Origin: an uncultured Clostridium sp.
GTDB lineage: Bacteria > Bacillota > Clostridia > TANB77 > CAG-508
Direction of reading: 5' to 3'
Length of the DNA: 39,065 nt
Assembly: GCA_947653375.1 (NCBI GenBank)
Contig: CANTHA010000003.1
Span: forward strand, 1-39,065
Positions 19,502-30,044 of the stretch are shown here, one piece after another. Positions within the stretch are counted from its first letter, which is position 1; each line of letters begins with the position of its first letter. A program made the translations under genes and the position numbers. Under the pieces are notes generated by a model. The model saw only the letters and a list, made by a program, of their open reading frames with translations. It was not told where the DNA came from and did no database searches.

Positions 19502-20633
19502 TTATTTTGCACTTGCTCTTGATATATTCAGTAAAATGCCCATCTCACACAGTAATATAAATAATGCTGTTCCTCCGATAACTGAAAAATGGTAATGGCA
19601 TACCTGTTGCTGGCATAGAAGACGTTACAACAGCTACATTAATTATGACTTGTATAGCAACTAAAGCTGTTATACCAATTGCCATTAAACTTCCAAACAT
19701 ATCAGGTGCTCTCATTGCTATTAAAATTCCTCTCCATATAAATATTGCAAATAATACTAAAACTGCCATAGTTCCTATAAATCCTAATTCTTCACCTAAT
19801 ATAGAAAATATAAAATCATTATGTGGTTCTGGTATATATAAAAACTTTTGCTTACTTTCTCCAAGTCCTACACCAAATAAACCTCCTGACCCTATTGCAT
19901 ATAGACTTTGTATAACTTGCCAACCATTACCTGTTGCATCTTTCCATGGATCTAAAAATGTCATAATTCTCTGTAATCTATATGGTTCTATAATAATTAA
20001 TAGTATCATTGCTGGAACACCTGCTATTCCTCCTGTAGCTAGGAAATGGCAAAATTTACATCCTCCCATTATCATCATAATACTACAAATTCCTATAATT
20101 ACTATTGAAGCACTAAAATGTGGCTGTAATAGCAATAAACCTATTATCGGCGCTAATAGTATAATATGTTTTATAAATCCATTTCCATATTTCTCTAATT
20201 TATCTCTATTTTTTACTAATATTCCTGCATAGAAAATAATCATTAATAACTTAACAATTTCAGAAGGTTGAACAGATAAAGTTTCAGTTATATATATCCA
20301 TCTTTTTGCTCCATTTACTGTCTTTCCAGCAACTAATACTAATACCAATAAAAGAAAAGCAACAATCCATGCATGTTTATAAAATTTTTGGTAAAATCTA
20401 TAATCAATTTTTGATATAAACATCATTGCAATAATTCCTAAAACTGCAAATATTAATTGTTTTGAAAAATAAGAATAGCTATTTCCACTTTCAGCAAGAG
20501 CAGATGGTGAACTTGCTGATAATACCATAATTAACCCTATTGATAACAATAACAATATTGTTATTAATAAAGTAAAATCTATTGGATTATTTAAAAAACT
20601 TGAAAAACTTTTTTCTTTTCTTTTTCTAGCCAT
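19502..20633 (-). CDS. ftsW: SEDS peptidoglycan polymerase SpoVE/FtsW; full length requires a +1 shift at 19577
   Basis: NGAKRW, QPSE, PEPHNDFIF, GEELG; LPFFSY then one extra C, then GGTALFILLCEMGILLNISRASAK-stop in the +1 frame. Confidence 0.92.
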
Positions 20634-20667
20634 TTTTATTACTTCCTTTATTTATTTTACTATAATT

Positions 20668-21648
20668 TTATATAGCATTTAGTCCAATTATGCATAGTAC
20701 AAGAGTTATTATACTAAAAGCTATAACAACTTTACTTTCTTTCCAGCCTGATAATTCTAAATGATGATGCAAAGGTGCCATTTTAAAAATTCTATTACCT
20801 GTTTTCTTAAAATATACTACTTGCAAAATAACAGATATTGTTTCAATTACTGGTATTAAAGCTATTATCAATAAAATAAATGGTATTTTTATATAAAGTG
20901 CCATAGCTGAAATAACTCCACCTAACAATAATGAACCTGTATCTCCCATAAATACTTTAGCTGGGTGTAAATTAAATGTAAGGAATCCTAGTATACTCCC
21001 TATAACTATACTTCCAAATATACCTATTTCTTGTATTCCAAATGATAAACCAATTATAGTTAAACATGTTATTATAATTGCGCTAATACTAGAAGATAAA
21101 CCATCTATTCCATCTGTTAAATTTATTGCATTTGTAGTTCCTAATATTACAATAATTGCAAATGGAATATATAGATAAATAGGCATATTTATATTTTGTT
21201 TTATAATTGGAATATATGTGTTTGTTTCTAAATGTAGTCCATATACCAAATAAATTACATATGCTACTGAAATTAATAATAATCCTAACATTTTATAACT
21301 TGGTTGCAATCCTTTAGTGTTTTTTAAAACCAGTTTTTTAAAATCATCTATAAATCCAATTAGACCAAAACCTATTGTAAGTAGCAGTATAGGTAATAAT
21401 TTATCAGCTAATTCATGTTGATTATTTATCGAAAAAAATATGTAAGTTCCAGTTACCATTATTATCATTGAAATAATCATAATAATTCCTCCCATTGTGG
21501 GAGTTCCCTGTTTTTTCAAATGCGATTTAGGGCCATCATCTCTTTCAATTTGTCCTATTTTCAGTTTTCTTAAAATAGGAATTATTATTACTCCTAATAG
21601 AATAGCTAAAATAAATGATATAATTAATACTACTGTCTCAAATCTCAA
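20668..21648 (-). CDS. mraY: Phospho-N-acetylmuramoyl-pentapeptide transferase
   Basis: KQGTPTMGG, NAINLTDGIDGL, VFMGDTGS, MAPLHHHLE. Confidence 0.98.
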   Translation of the reverse strand: MRFETVVLIISFILAILLGVIIIPILRKLKIGQIERDDGPKSHLKKQGTPTMGGIIMIISMIIMVTGTYIFFSINNQHELADKLLPILLLTIGFGLIGFIDDFKKLVLKNTKGLQPSYKMLGLLLISVAYVIYLVYGLHLETNTYIPIIKQNINMPIYLYIPFAIIVILGTTNAINLTDGIDGLSSSISAIIITCLTIIGLSFGIQEIGIFGSIVIGSILGFLTFNLHPAKVFMGDTGSLLLGGVISAMALYIKIPFILLIIALIPVIETISVILQVVYFKKTGNRIFKMAPLHHHLELSGWKESKVVIAFSIITLVLCIIGLNAI

Positions 21649-21716
21649 TATTACTCAAACCTTTCTATTTGTAAGTTATTTGACAGAAGCTTGTTTTTAT
21701 AGCTCCTGTCAACACT

Positions 21717-23192
21717 TTATTTTTTTAATTTTTCTACTAAATCTTTTACTATAATTCTTTCATCAAAAGGATGTTTTACACCATTAATTTCTTGATATGG
21801 CTCATGTCCTTTACCAGCCAAAACAATAATATCTCTTTTATTTGCAATTTTAATAGCTTGTTTTATTGCTTCAACTCTATCTACTATTACAGTATATTTT
21901 CCTTTTGTCTTCTTCATTCCTTCTTCAATTTCATTAACTATTTTTTCAGGATCTTCTGTTCTAGGATTATCAGATGTTATTATAGTATAATCTGCTATTC
22001 TTCCAGATATTTCTCCCATTATTGCTCTTTTACTTGTATCTCTATCTCCACCACATCCAAAAACAGATATAACTCTTCCTCTTGTATAACTTTTTACTGC
22101 TTGAAGAATACTTTGTAAACTTTCTGGTGAATGTGCATAATCAATCATAATTGGTATTTCTAATTCATTATCTACTAGCTCTGATCTCCCTGGAACTCTA
22201 ACTTCCATTAAAGCTTCTTTTATAACTTCTGGAGATACTCCAAACTTTTGAGCAACACATATTGCTGCTAATGAGTTATATACACTAAATCTTCCTGGAA
22301 TTCCAGTCTTCATTCTTTCATTTCTGTCTGTTACCTTTACTCTAAAATCAACATAAGAATTTGTAATTGTAATATCTTTAGCCAATACATTTGCGAAATT
22401 ATCAATTCCATATGTTGTTATATTATTATCTGGAAATAAATTAGGAATTTTTGCCCCATGTAAATCATCAGTATTTACAATTCCTGTTTTACACATTTCA
22501 AATAATTTTAGTTTTGATTTAAAATAATCCTCCATATCTGGATGTTCGTTTTCACTAATATGATCTTCTGAAAAGTTTGTAAATAATACAATATCAAAAT
22601 TACATCCATCAACTCTGTGTAATTTTAAACTTTGTGAAGAGACTTCCATAACTACAACTTCTACACCTTCATTTACCATTTGTGCAAATATTTTTTGCAA
22701 TTCCAAACTTTCAGGAGTTGTTCTATCACTATCTTTTACTTTTTTACCATTTATATATGTTGCAATTGTTCCTATTAATCCTACTTTTTTTCCTGATTTT
22801 TCTAATATTTCTTTTATCATGAAAGTTGTTGTTGTTTTTCCTTTTGTTCCTGTTACACCAATCAACTTAAATTTATTAGATGGGTTATCATAAAAATTTG
22901 CTGAACAAATTGCTAATGCTTCTCTTGTATTTTTTGCCATAATTATAGTAGTTTCAGCTGGTATTTTAAGTTCTTTTAAATTACAACCTTCTTCAACTAA
23001 AACTGCTATTGCACCATTTTCAATTGCATTTTCAATATATTGATGACCATCAACTGAAAATCCTTTTATAGCAACAAATAAAAAATCTCCTTTTACTTCC
23101 TTTGAATTTTTTTCAATTCCTTTAATGTCTAAGTCTAAATTTCCTCTTACTTTTAAACCTTCTATTCCTATTAAAATTTCTTTTAACTTCAT
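21717..23192 (-). CDS. murE: UDP-MurNAc-dipeptide--diaminopimelate ligase
   Basis: GVTGTKGKTTT, MEVSS, DYAHSP, FGCGGDRD, DNPR (meso-DAP type), AGKGHE. Confidence 0.97.
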   Translation of the reverse strand: MKLKEILIGIEGLKVRGNLDLDIKGIEKNSKEVKGDFLFVAIKGFSVDGHQYIENAIENGAIAVLVEEGCNLKELKIPAETTIIMAKNTREALAICSANFYDNPSNKFKLIGVTGTKGKTTTTFMIKEILEKSGKKVGLIGTIATYINGKKVKDSDRTTPESLELQKIFAQMVNEGVEVVVMEVSSQSLKLHRVDGCNFDIVLFTNFSEDHISENEHPDMEDYFKSKLKLFEMCKTGIVNTDDLHGAKIPNLFPDNNITTYGIDNFANVLAKDITITNSYVDFRVKVTDRNERMKTGIPGRFSVYNSLAAICVAQKFGVSPEVIKEALMEVRVPGRSELVDNELEIPIMIDYAHSPESLQSILQAVKSYTRGRVISVFGCGGDRDTSKRAIMGEISGRIADYTIITSDNPRTEDPEKIVNEIEEGMKKTKGKYTVIVDRVEAIKQAIKIANKRDIIVLAGKGHEPYQEINGVKHPFDERIIVKDLVEKLKK

Positions 23193-23830
23193 TAAAAATC
23201 AATCCTTCCGATTATAATCTATTTATTACTTATATGCTATAATAATAGATCCTAGATTTATTAAACATTAAAAACAAAGTCTTGTTTTTAACTTTTTATA
23301 TTATATAACTAAAATTTATTTTTGTATAGAGTATTTTGTATTTTTTTCACTTTATTAGTAACTATTCGTTACTAGTCAGATTACTCCTATATTTTTTAGT
23401 GAAAAAACTTAATATATTATCTTTAAAATACCGCGTAAGCGACCAACAAGATTACAGTATGTTATGTTATTACAGACTGTTCATAGTTGGAAGTTACGAA
23501 TAACTTTTTAATAAAAATATATTACATCAAATAGTTATCTCTATTATATTCTATGCAATTAAGTTAATGTTTAATATGTTTATCATAAAATGTTATTTTC
23601 TTTTTCTACTTAAACTATTATTGCATTTGCATTTTTCTATATTAACTTTATATTTCTTTCATTTGTAAAATTACATAAAAAAAGAAGAAATCTTATATAA
23701 AACTTCTTCTTTTCTAAAGTTTTTCACATTGAGTATTGAACAAAATTCTCATTAATGATTACTAATAAATTTTTAAAATATCTAAATAATAAAAATTTCT
23801 TATATTTTTTATAAATTAATAATATAGAAA

Positions 23831-24385
23831 CTATATTTCCATTTGACTTCCCAAAAAAGTTGCTGCTGATTGAGCTACTTTCTTTTCTACATCATTCATT
23901 TTTTCATTTGATTCTTTAGACATTAAAATTACTGTACCAATAGTATCACCATTTGAAAGAATTGGATAAACTATTTGTGCATTATTCTTTCTTTCATTAC
24001 TATCATTTTTTGTTATTGGAATAGCTATATCACTATTCTCTGTACTTGTATACACTTCTTTATCTTCCATTAATTGTTCCAATTCATTACTTATATCTTT
24101 TTCTAAAAATTCCTTTTTTGATCCACCTGATACTGCAATTATTGTATCTTTATCTGTTATACAGGCTATATGTCCTGTAGTCTTTGATAAAGTCTCTGCA
24201 TAACCTGACGCAAATTCTGAAAGTTCTCCAATTGGAGAATATTTTTTTAATATAACTTGCCCTTCTCTATCTGTAAATATTTCTAATGGATCACCTTCTT
24301 TTATTCTTAAAGTCTTTCTAATTTCTTTTGGAATTACAACTCTTCCTAAATCATCTATTCTTCTTACAACTCCAGTTGCTTTCAT
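23831..24385 (-). CDS. spoVT: Stage V sporulation protein T (AbrB-like + GAF)
   Basis: MKATGVVRRIDDLGRVVIPKEIRKTLRIKEGDPLEIF, LKKYSPIGEL; 184 aa. Confidence 0.97.
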   Translation of the reverse strand: MKATGVVRRIDDLGRVVIPKEIRKTLRIKEGDPLEIFTDREGQVILKKYSPIGELSEFASGYAETLSKTTGHIACITDKDTIIAVSGGSKKEFLEKDISNELEQLMEDKEVYTSTENSDIAIPITKNDSNERKNNAQIVYPILSNGDTIGTVILMSKESNEKMNDVEKKVAQSAATFLGSQMEI

Positions 24386-24502
24386 AATTTTCCTCCTTTT
24401 TAAATTTATGTCTACTTTTATTTTTTCTAAAAAGGGAAAAATTATACATTATTTTTTTATTTTTATAAATTAATAAAATTATGCTTTTAAATTCAAACAA
24501 TT

Positions 24503-25204
24503 TTAATCTTTTGCTATTGTAAAAACACTAATTTTCTCTATGTTAGATTTTATTAAAGTTTTATAACATTCCATTGCAGTATTTCCAGTTGTATAAATAT
24601 CATCAAATAATATTATTTTTTTATTTTCTAAATTTTTTACATTTCTCAAAATATAAGCATTTTTAGTATTCTTCTGCCTTTCTTCTTTACTTAATTTACT
24701 TTGCTCAATATTATTTTTTACTTTTAACAACGAATTGTTATTACATTCAATATTTAATTTATTAGCTATTTCATTACTAATTAAATAACTTTGATTATAT
24801 CCTCTATCTTTCATCCTTTGTTTACTAATAGGTACCGGAATTATTGTATTATAAGACTTTAACATATTACAAAACTCCTTATTGCTTAAAATAAAATTTG
24901 AAATACTTCTAAAAAGATAAGATTTATTATTAAATTTATAGTCTAATAACATTTTTCTTATTATTCCTTCATATCTAAAAATATATAAATGATCAAAAGA
25001 AATACATTCACTTTTTACTATTTCTATTTTAAATTCTGATTCAGATTTTAAAAGATTTTCACATTTTTTACATAAATAATTTTTATTAAATTTGCCACAA
25101 ATACCACATACAGGTGGATAAACGGTTTGTATCATATTTGGTATAATATTGGATATATTTTTTGTTATATTAGATTTAAAATATTTGATTTGTTTTAATT
25201 GCAT
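24503..25204 (-). CDS. comF: ComF family protein (zinc finger + phosphoribosyltransferase-like)
   Basis: PPVCGICG, LCKKC, RGYNQS, DDIYTTGNT; the start could lie further downstream. Confidence 0.9.
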   Translation of the reverse strand: MQLKQIKYFKSNITKNISNIIPNMIQTVYPPVCGICGKFNKNYLCKKCENLLKSESEFKIEIVKSECISFDHLYIFRYEGIIRKMLLDYKFNNKSYLFRSISNFILSNKEFCNMLKSYNTIIPVPISKQRMKDRGYNQSYLISNEIANKLNIECNNNSLLKVKNNIEQSKLSKEERQKNTKNAYILRNVKNLENKKIILFDDIYTTGNTAMECYKTLIKSNIEKISVFTIAKD

Positions 25205-25946
25205 TTAACCTCCTGTATACTGTTGCTTTACTTAATTGTAAAGCTTCTGCTAACTCTGGTTTTGTGTAATTATATTCTCTATAAATAATATAAGAAATAA
25301 ATCTTTGAAATAATATTATATCTTTTCGTACTTGCTCAAAATATACTTTTTCTAATTCTATAAATTCGTTTAATATATCTTTTAAACTTATATCATCCTT
25401 ATCAAAATTTAAATTTTCGTATTTTATAGAATGGAATTGATTTAAATAATTTTTATCTGAATTAAATACTATTGAAAAATTATTAGAATTGACAAATTCT
25501 TTTGGATTATTATATTCTTGATAGGATGAAAAATAGTACTCTTCCTCATTTTCTACCATTTTTGCCTTAACAGGATTCATATGAATATATTTAATACATG
25601 CTAGTAATTGCTGTTTATTAATTATTGCTTTAGATGTGAACCTATTTCTAAATACATAACCTACTCTATTTTTTCTTCTATTATAATACATTGCATATTG
25701 TGAATTGACCTCTTTCATAAAGCAACTAATATCATTTATATTTTTTGCATATAGCAACATATGAACATGATTATCCATTATACAATATGCAATTATATCT
25801 ATATCAAATTTTTCTTGATATTTTTTCATTAATGACAAATACTTTAACTTTTCTACCCTTTCTTCAAAAATATATTCTCTGTTAAATCCTTGACACATTT
25901 GGTGAATAAATAGACTTTCCAATAGATTTCTAGCTTTTCTTGGCAT
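25176..25946 (-). mobile_element. REP-associated tyrosine transposase (RAYT, HUH/Y1 family) with C-terminal HTH-like segment
   Basis: MPRKAR start, AYCIMDNHVH (HUH), GYVFRNRF, YIHMNPVKA (catalytic Tyr), FSSY; tail ELAEALQLSKATVYRRL. Confidence 0.9.
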
Positions 25947-26042
25947 TTTACCTCCTTTTTTGTCAATATTAATATAATTAATATTATACTACCAACATAT
26001 AGTGTTTTCAATAAATTTTCGTCGCACTTTTCTACATTAACT

Positions 26043-26083
26043 GACAAAAATGAGACGTTTTAGACCTGTCCCAAACGTCTCAT
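26043..26083. repeat. REP-like palindromic element, copy 2, upstream of the RAYT gene
   Basis: gacaaaaatgagacgttttagacctgtcccaaacgtctcat; ATGAGACGTTT/AAACGTCTCAT 11-bp stem. Confidence 0.85.
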
Positions 26084-28286
26084 TAGTCCTGTGTTTCTTT
26101 TTTTGCTATCTATATTGTTTACCATATATTTTACTGTTTTTTCTGCTCCTATTATTATGAGCATTTTTTTTGCTCTTGTTATTCCAGTATATAATAAATT
26201 TCTTGTTAATAATATTGGTGTTGTTTGTGGTATTACCATTATTACTACATCAAATTCACTTCCGTTGAGATTTATGTATTGTTATTGCATAACTATGTTC
26301 TATTTGATCTAGTTCAGAAAATTGATAATATACTACTTTATCATCATCAAATTTTATTTCTACTTGTTTTTCTTTTTCATCTATTTTTAAAATTGTTCCT
26401 ATTTCTCCATTAAATACACCTGTACCTAATTCTTTTTCTCCAAATATTTTTCTTTCCCAATATATGTCATAATTATTTTTTATTTGCATTACTCTATCAC
26501 CAGCTCTAAATATTGATCCCATACTTGACTTTTCTGGCATATTATTTATATTTGGATTTAACTTTTCTTGTAATGCTTTATTTAGCTCTTTTGTTCCTAA
26601 CATTCCTTTTTTTGTAGGAGATAACACTTGTATACTTTGAAAAAAGTCGTAATCCCCATAGTTTTTTAACCTTCCTGTACATAATGATATTACTTCATAT
26701 AACATCTTATCTTGTGACTGCTCATTTATAAAGAAAAAATCATCTTTTGTTTCTTCCAACATATTTTTATCATCTTTTCCCATAAAATATTTACCTTCAT
26801 TTACTCTATGTGCATTTAGTATTATTTTACTTTTTGCAGCTTGTCTGAATATTTTATCTAAATGAATTGTTGCAATTGTTCCAGAATGTATTAAATCTTT
26901 TAATATACTACCTGGCCCTACTGATGCTAATTGATCCTCATCTCCAACTAAAATTAACTTTGTTCCTTGATATACACATTTTAATAAATAATTCATTAAA
27001 AACATATCCACCATAGACATTTCATCTACTATTATTAAATCTGCATCAATTGGTGAACCTTCATATTCTGATATATTCTTATACATTTTATCTTCATCAA
27101 TTTTACCTATTTCTAATAATCTATGTAATGTTGACGCTTCTTTTCCTGTTGCTTCAGTCATTCTTTTAGCAGCTCGTCCTGTAGGTGCACAAAGTACAAC
27201 TTTTTTTCCTTTTTCTTCATATATATCTATTATATTTTTTATTATTGTTGTTTTACCTGTTCCTGGTCCACCTGTAATTATTGTAACATTTTTTTCATTA
27301 ACTAACTTTATAGCTTCTTTTTGTTTTTCTGATAATTTTATACTTGAGTTTAATTCAATCTTTTTTAATTCTTTTTCTATTGATTTGATTTCTTTCATAT
27401 TTTTGGCATTTTGTAATCTATTTATTCTTAATGCTATTTGTTCTTCTGCAACATGATATGGATATAAATAAACATATTCCTGACCTTCAGCTTTTTCAAT
27501 TTTTATTTCTTCTTTTGCATTTAATGAAATTAATCCATCTTCAATATTTTCTGTTGAAACATCTAATAATTGTATTACAAATTCTATTAAATTTTCTTTA
27601 AACACACAAGAATGTCCATTATATGTACTTCTTATCAGAGCATATTTTATTCCACTTGTTACTCTTTTTTCATTATCATAATTTATACCTATATCAAGAG
27701 CCATTTTATCAATTTGCTTAAAATCAACTCCTCTTGCTATATCAATTAATTTATAAGGATCTGATTCTATTTCTTCTATTGCAGAAGTTCCATATAAATC
27801 ATATACCTTTTTTGCATGTTCTGCACCTATTCCAAATCTTTCTAAGAAACCTACAATTTGCCATACTTCCCAATTTTCAATAAAGCTTTCAGACATTTCC
27901 TTTGCTTTTTTTTCTGAAATTCCTCTAATTTCTGCTAGTTTTTCAGGTTCATATTTAAAAACATGGATTGTTTCCTCTCCAAATTTCTTTATTATTCTTT
28001 TAGCAATAGCTTCGCCAATACCTTTTATATTTCCATTTGACAAATATCTTTCTAGTGAACCTAATGTTTGTGGCATTAACTTTTCAAATGTATCAATCTT
28101 AAATTGCATACCATAATCTCTATGCTCAACATATTTTCCAATTATTTTTAATGTATCTCCTATATTTACAAATGGTAAATATCCTACAATTGTTATTTCC
28201 TCTTCTTCTGTCTGAAACTCAGCTATTGTATAACTATTAACATCATTTTTATATATAATATCAATTACTTCTCCTGTTATTTCCAT
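26060..28286 (-). CDS. recD2: ATP-dependent RecD2-like DNA helicase; full length requires a +1 shift at 26264
   Basis: TGGPGTGKTT, APTGRAAKR, VDEMSM; TIHKSQ then one extra C, then GSEFDVV...RNLLYTGITRAK...GQV-stop in the +1 frame. Confidence 0.93.
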
Positions 28287-28998
28287 TCATTTCTCCTTCA
28301 GTTTTTATTATATCTTTTATAACTTCACTTGCTACTATTAATCCTGCAACTGATGGAACAAAAGATATACTACCTAATGTCTTAATTCTTGTTTCTTCAT
28401 TTGTTCTAGGTTTAATAGGCTTTTCTTTAGAATATACAACCTTTAAATTTCTTATATTTCTTTTCTTTAATTCTTTCCTTAATATTCTACACACTGGGCA
28501 TTCCTTAGTCTTATATATATCTGTAACTTCAAATTTAGTAGGTTCTAGTTTATTTCCTGCACCAGTAGCACATATTATATTTACATTTTCTCTTTTTGCT
28601 TTTTCTATAACTTTTAGTTTATTTGTCATTGTGTCAATTGCATCTACTACATAAGTAATTGTTGAATCTATTAGTAATTCTTCTCCACCTTCTATATCAT
28701 CTGGCTTATATGCTTCTACAATAGCCTTTGGATTTATATCTAATATTCTTTCTCTCATCACATCTATTTTATATTTTCCAATAGTAGAATGAGTCGCATG
28801 TATTTGTCTGTTAATATTTGTTATATCAACTTTATCAAAGTCAACTAGTATTAGATGTCCTATTCCAGCCCTTGCTAGTCCTTCAGCTACATATGAACCT
28901 ACTCCTCCAATTCCATATATTATAACTTTTGAGCTTTTAATTTTTTCTAAAGATTCTTTTCCTATTAATATTTCTGTTCTTGAAAACTCATCTAACAT
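28261..28998 (-). CDS. tcdA: tRNA threonylcarbamoyladenosine dehydratase (ThiF/TcdA family)
   Basis: GIGGVGSY, TNINRQIHA, YVVDAID, GAGNKL, GSISFVPSVAG. Confidence 0.88.
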   Translation of the reverse strand: MLDEFSRTEILIGKESLEKIKSSKVIIYGIGGVGSYVAEGLARAGIGHLILVDFDKVDITNINRQIHATHSTIGKYKIDVMRERILDINPKAIVEAYKPDDIEGGEELLIDSTITYVVDAIDTMTNKLKVIEKAKRENVNIICATGAGNKLEPTKFEVTDIYKTKECPVCRILRKELKKRNIRNLKVVYSKEKPIKPRTNEETRIKTLGSISFVPSVAGLIVASEVIKDIIKTEGEMNGNNRRSN

Positions 28999-29126
28999 TT
29001 TATTACTTCCATTTCACTATACTTTGAAATATATTTTAACACATATATTATTAATTTACAATGAATATTAAACCAAAGACTAACAATTTGATAAGCAATA
29101 TGATAAAATAGTTTTGAGGTGAAATT

Positions 29127-29813
29127 ATGCTTAATGAAAATGTTAAATATATTATTTTTGATATAGGTGGTGTATTATTAAAGCCAACAACAGGCAATTG
29201 GTTTATAACTCCTTATATTAATAATCTTTTAAAAAATAAAATAGATATGGAAAAATTTAAACTTTCATTAAAAAATAATTATGATCTTGTTAATGAAATA
29301 AATTTACAAACAGAGAAAGAAGAATATTCTATGTTTTATAATTATTATAAAAAGTCATTAGAAGATATAAATTATAAAGAAACATCTGAAGAATTGCTTT
29401 CAAAAATAAGTAAAAGTATAACATATGATAATAACAGATATACATTATATAATGATGTAAAAGAAACTCTAGAAACTTTATCTAAACAGTATAAACTAGT
29501 TATATTATCAGATAACTTTCCGTCAATAAAAAGAATATTAAAAAACATGGACATAGATAAATATTTTAAACCAATTATAATTTCTACATTTTATGGCTAT
29601 CGAAAAAAGGATAAAATTCTTTTCAACATTTTAAAAAACAATATTCAATATAAAAAAGGAACTGCAATTTTCATTGATGATAATGAAAATAACTTAGATA
29701 TTGCCAAAGAATATGAATTAATTTCAATAAAAATGGATCGTAATAAAAATAAAAAATCTAAATATCCAATTATTAATAACCTGACTGATATTTTTACAAT
29801 TATAAAAAATTAA
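29127..29813 (+). CDS. HAD-superfamily hydrolase
   Basis: IIFDIGGVL motif I, ILSD motif II, IFIDDNENN motif IV. Confidence 0.88.
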   Translation: MLNENVKYIIFDIGGVLLKPTTGNWFITPYINNLLKNKIDMEKFKLSLKNNYDLVNEINLQTEKEEYSMFYNYYKKSLEDINYKETSEELLSKISKSITYDNNRYTLYNDVKETLETLSKQYKLVILSDNFPSIKRILKNMDIDKYFKPIIISTFYGYRKKDKILFNILKNNIQYKKGTAIFIDDNENNLDIAKEYELISIKMDRNKNKKSKYPIINNLTDIFTIIKN

Positions 29814-29832
29814 TTTTTACTTTTTAACAGTT

Positions 29833-29995
29833 TTGTTAATATTATTTTTAAAAGTTATAATATACAGTAAAAAACACTAATGCGCAGTTTGGGAAGACAT
29901 TTATTAATACAGATAAGCTAGATTAACTATTATATATTTGAATTAAAATAAAAGTCCTTTATATGATTAGTCTGACCAGCAAATAGTGTTTTTTA
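29833..29995 (+). ncRNA. Candidate small RNA (about 29868-29995) with its own sigma-A promoter
   Basis: TTGTTA-N17-TATAAT at 29833-29861; 12-bp closing stem taaaaaacacta/tagtgtttttta; no ORF in the track. Confidence 0.35.
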
Positions 29996-30044
29996 ATATA
30001 TATTATAACTTTTAAATAAAATAAATATTTTAAAACCAGAAATA

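Noticed and set aside
19571-19580. Homopolymer sequencing error as the cause of the frameshifts
   Set aside because: The extra base is an isolated C at both sites, while long A/T runs elsewhere keep frame. Error is not excluded without reads, but it is not the homopolymer type.
25176-25946. IS200/IS605 element with tnpB or omega RNA
   Set aside because: The protein length and motifs fit RAYT; no tnpB or paired IS ends are visible.
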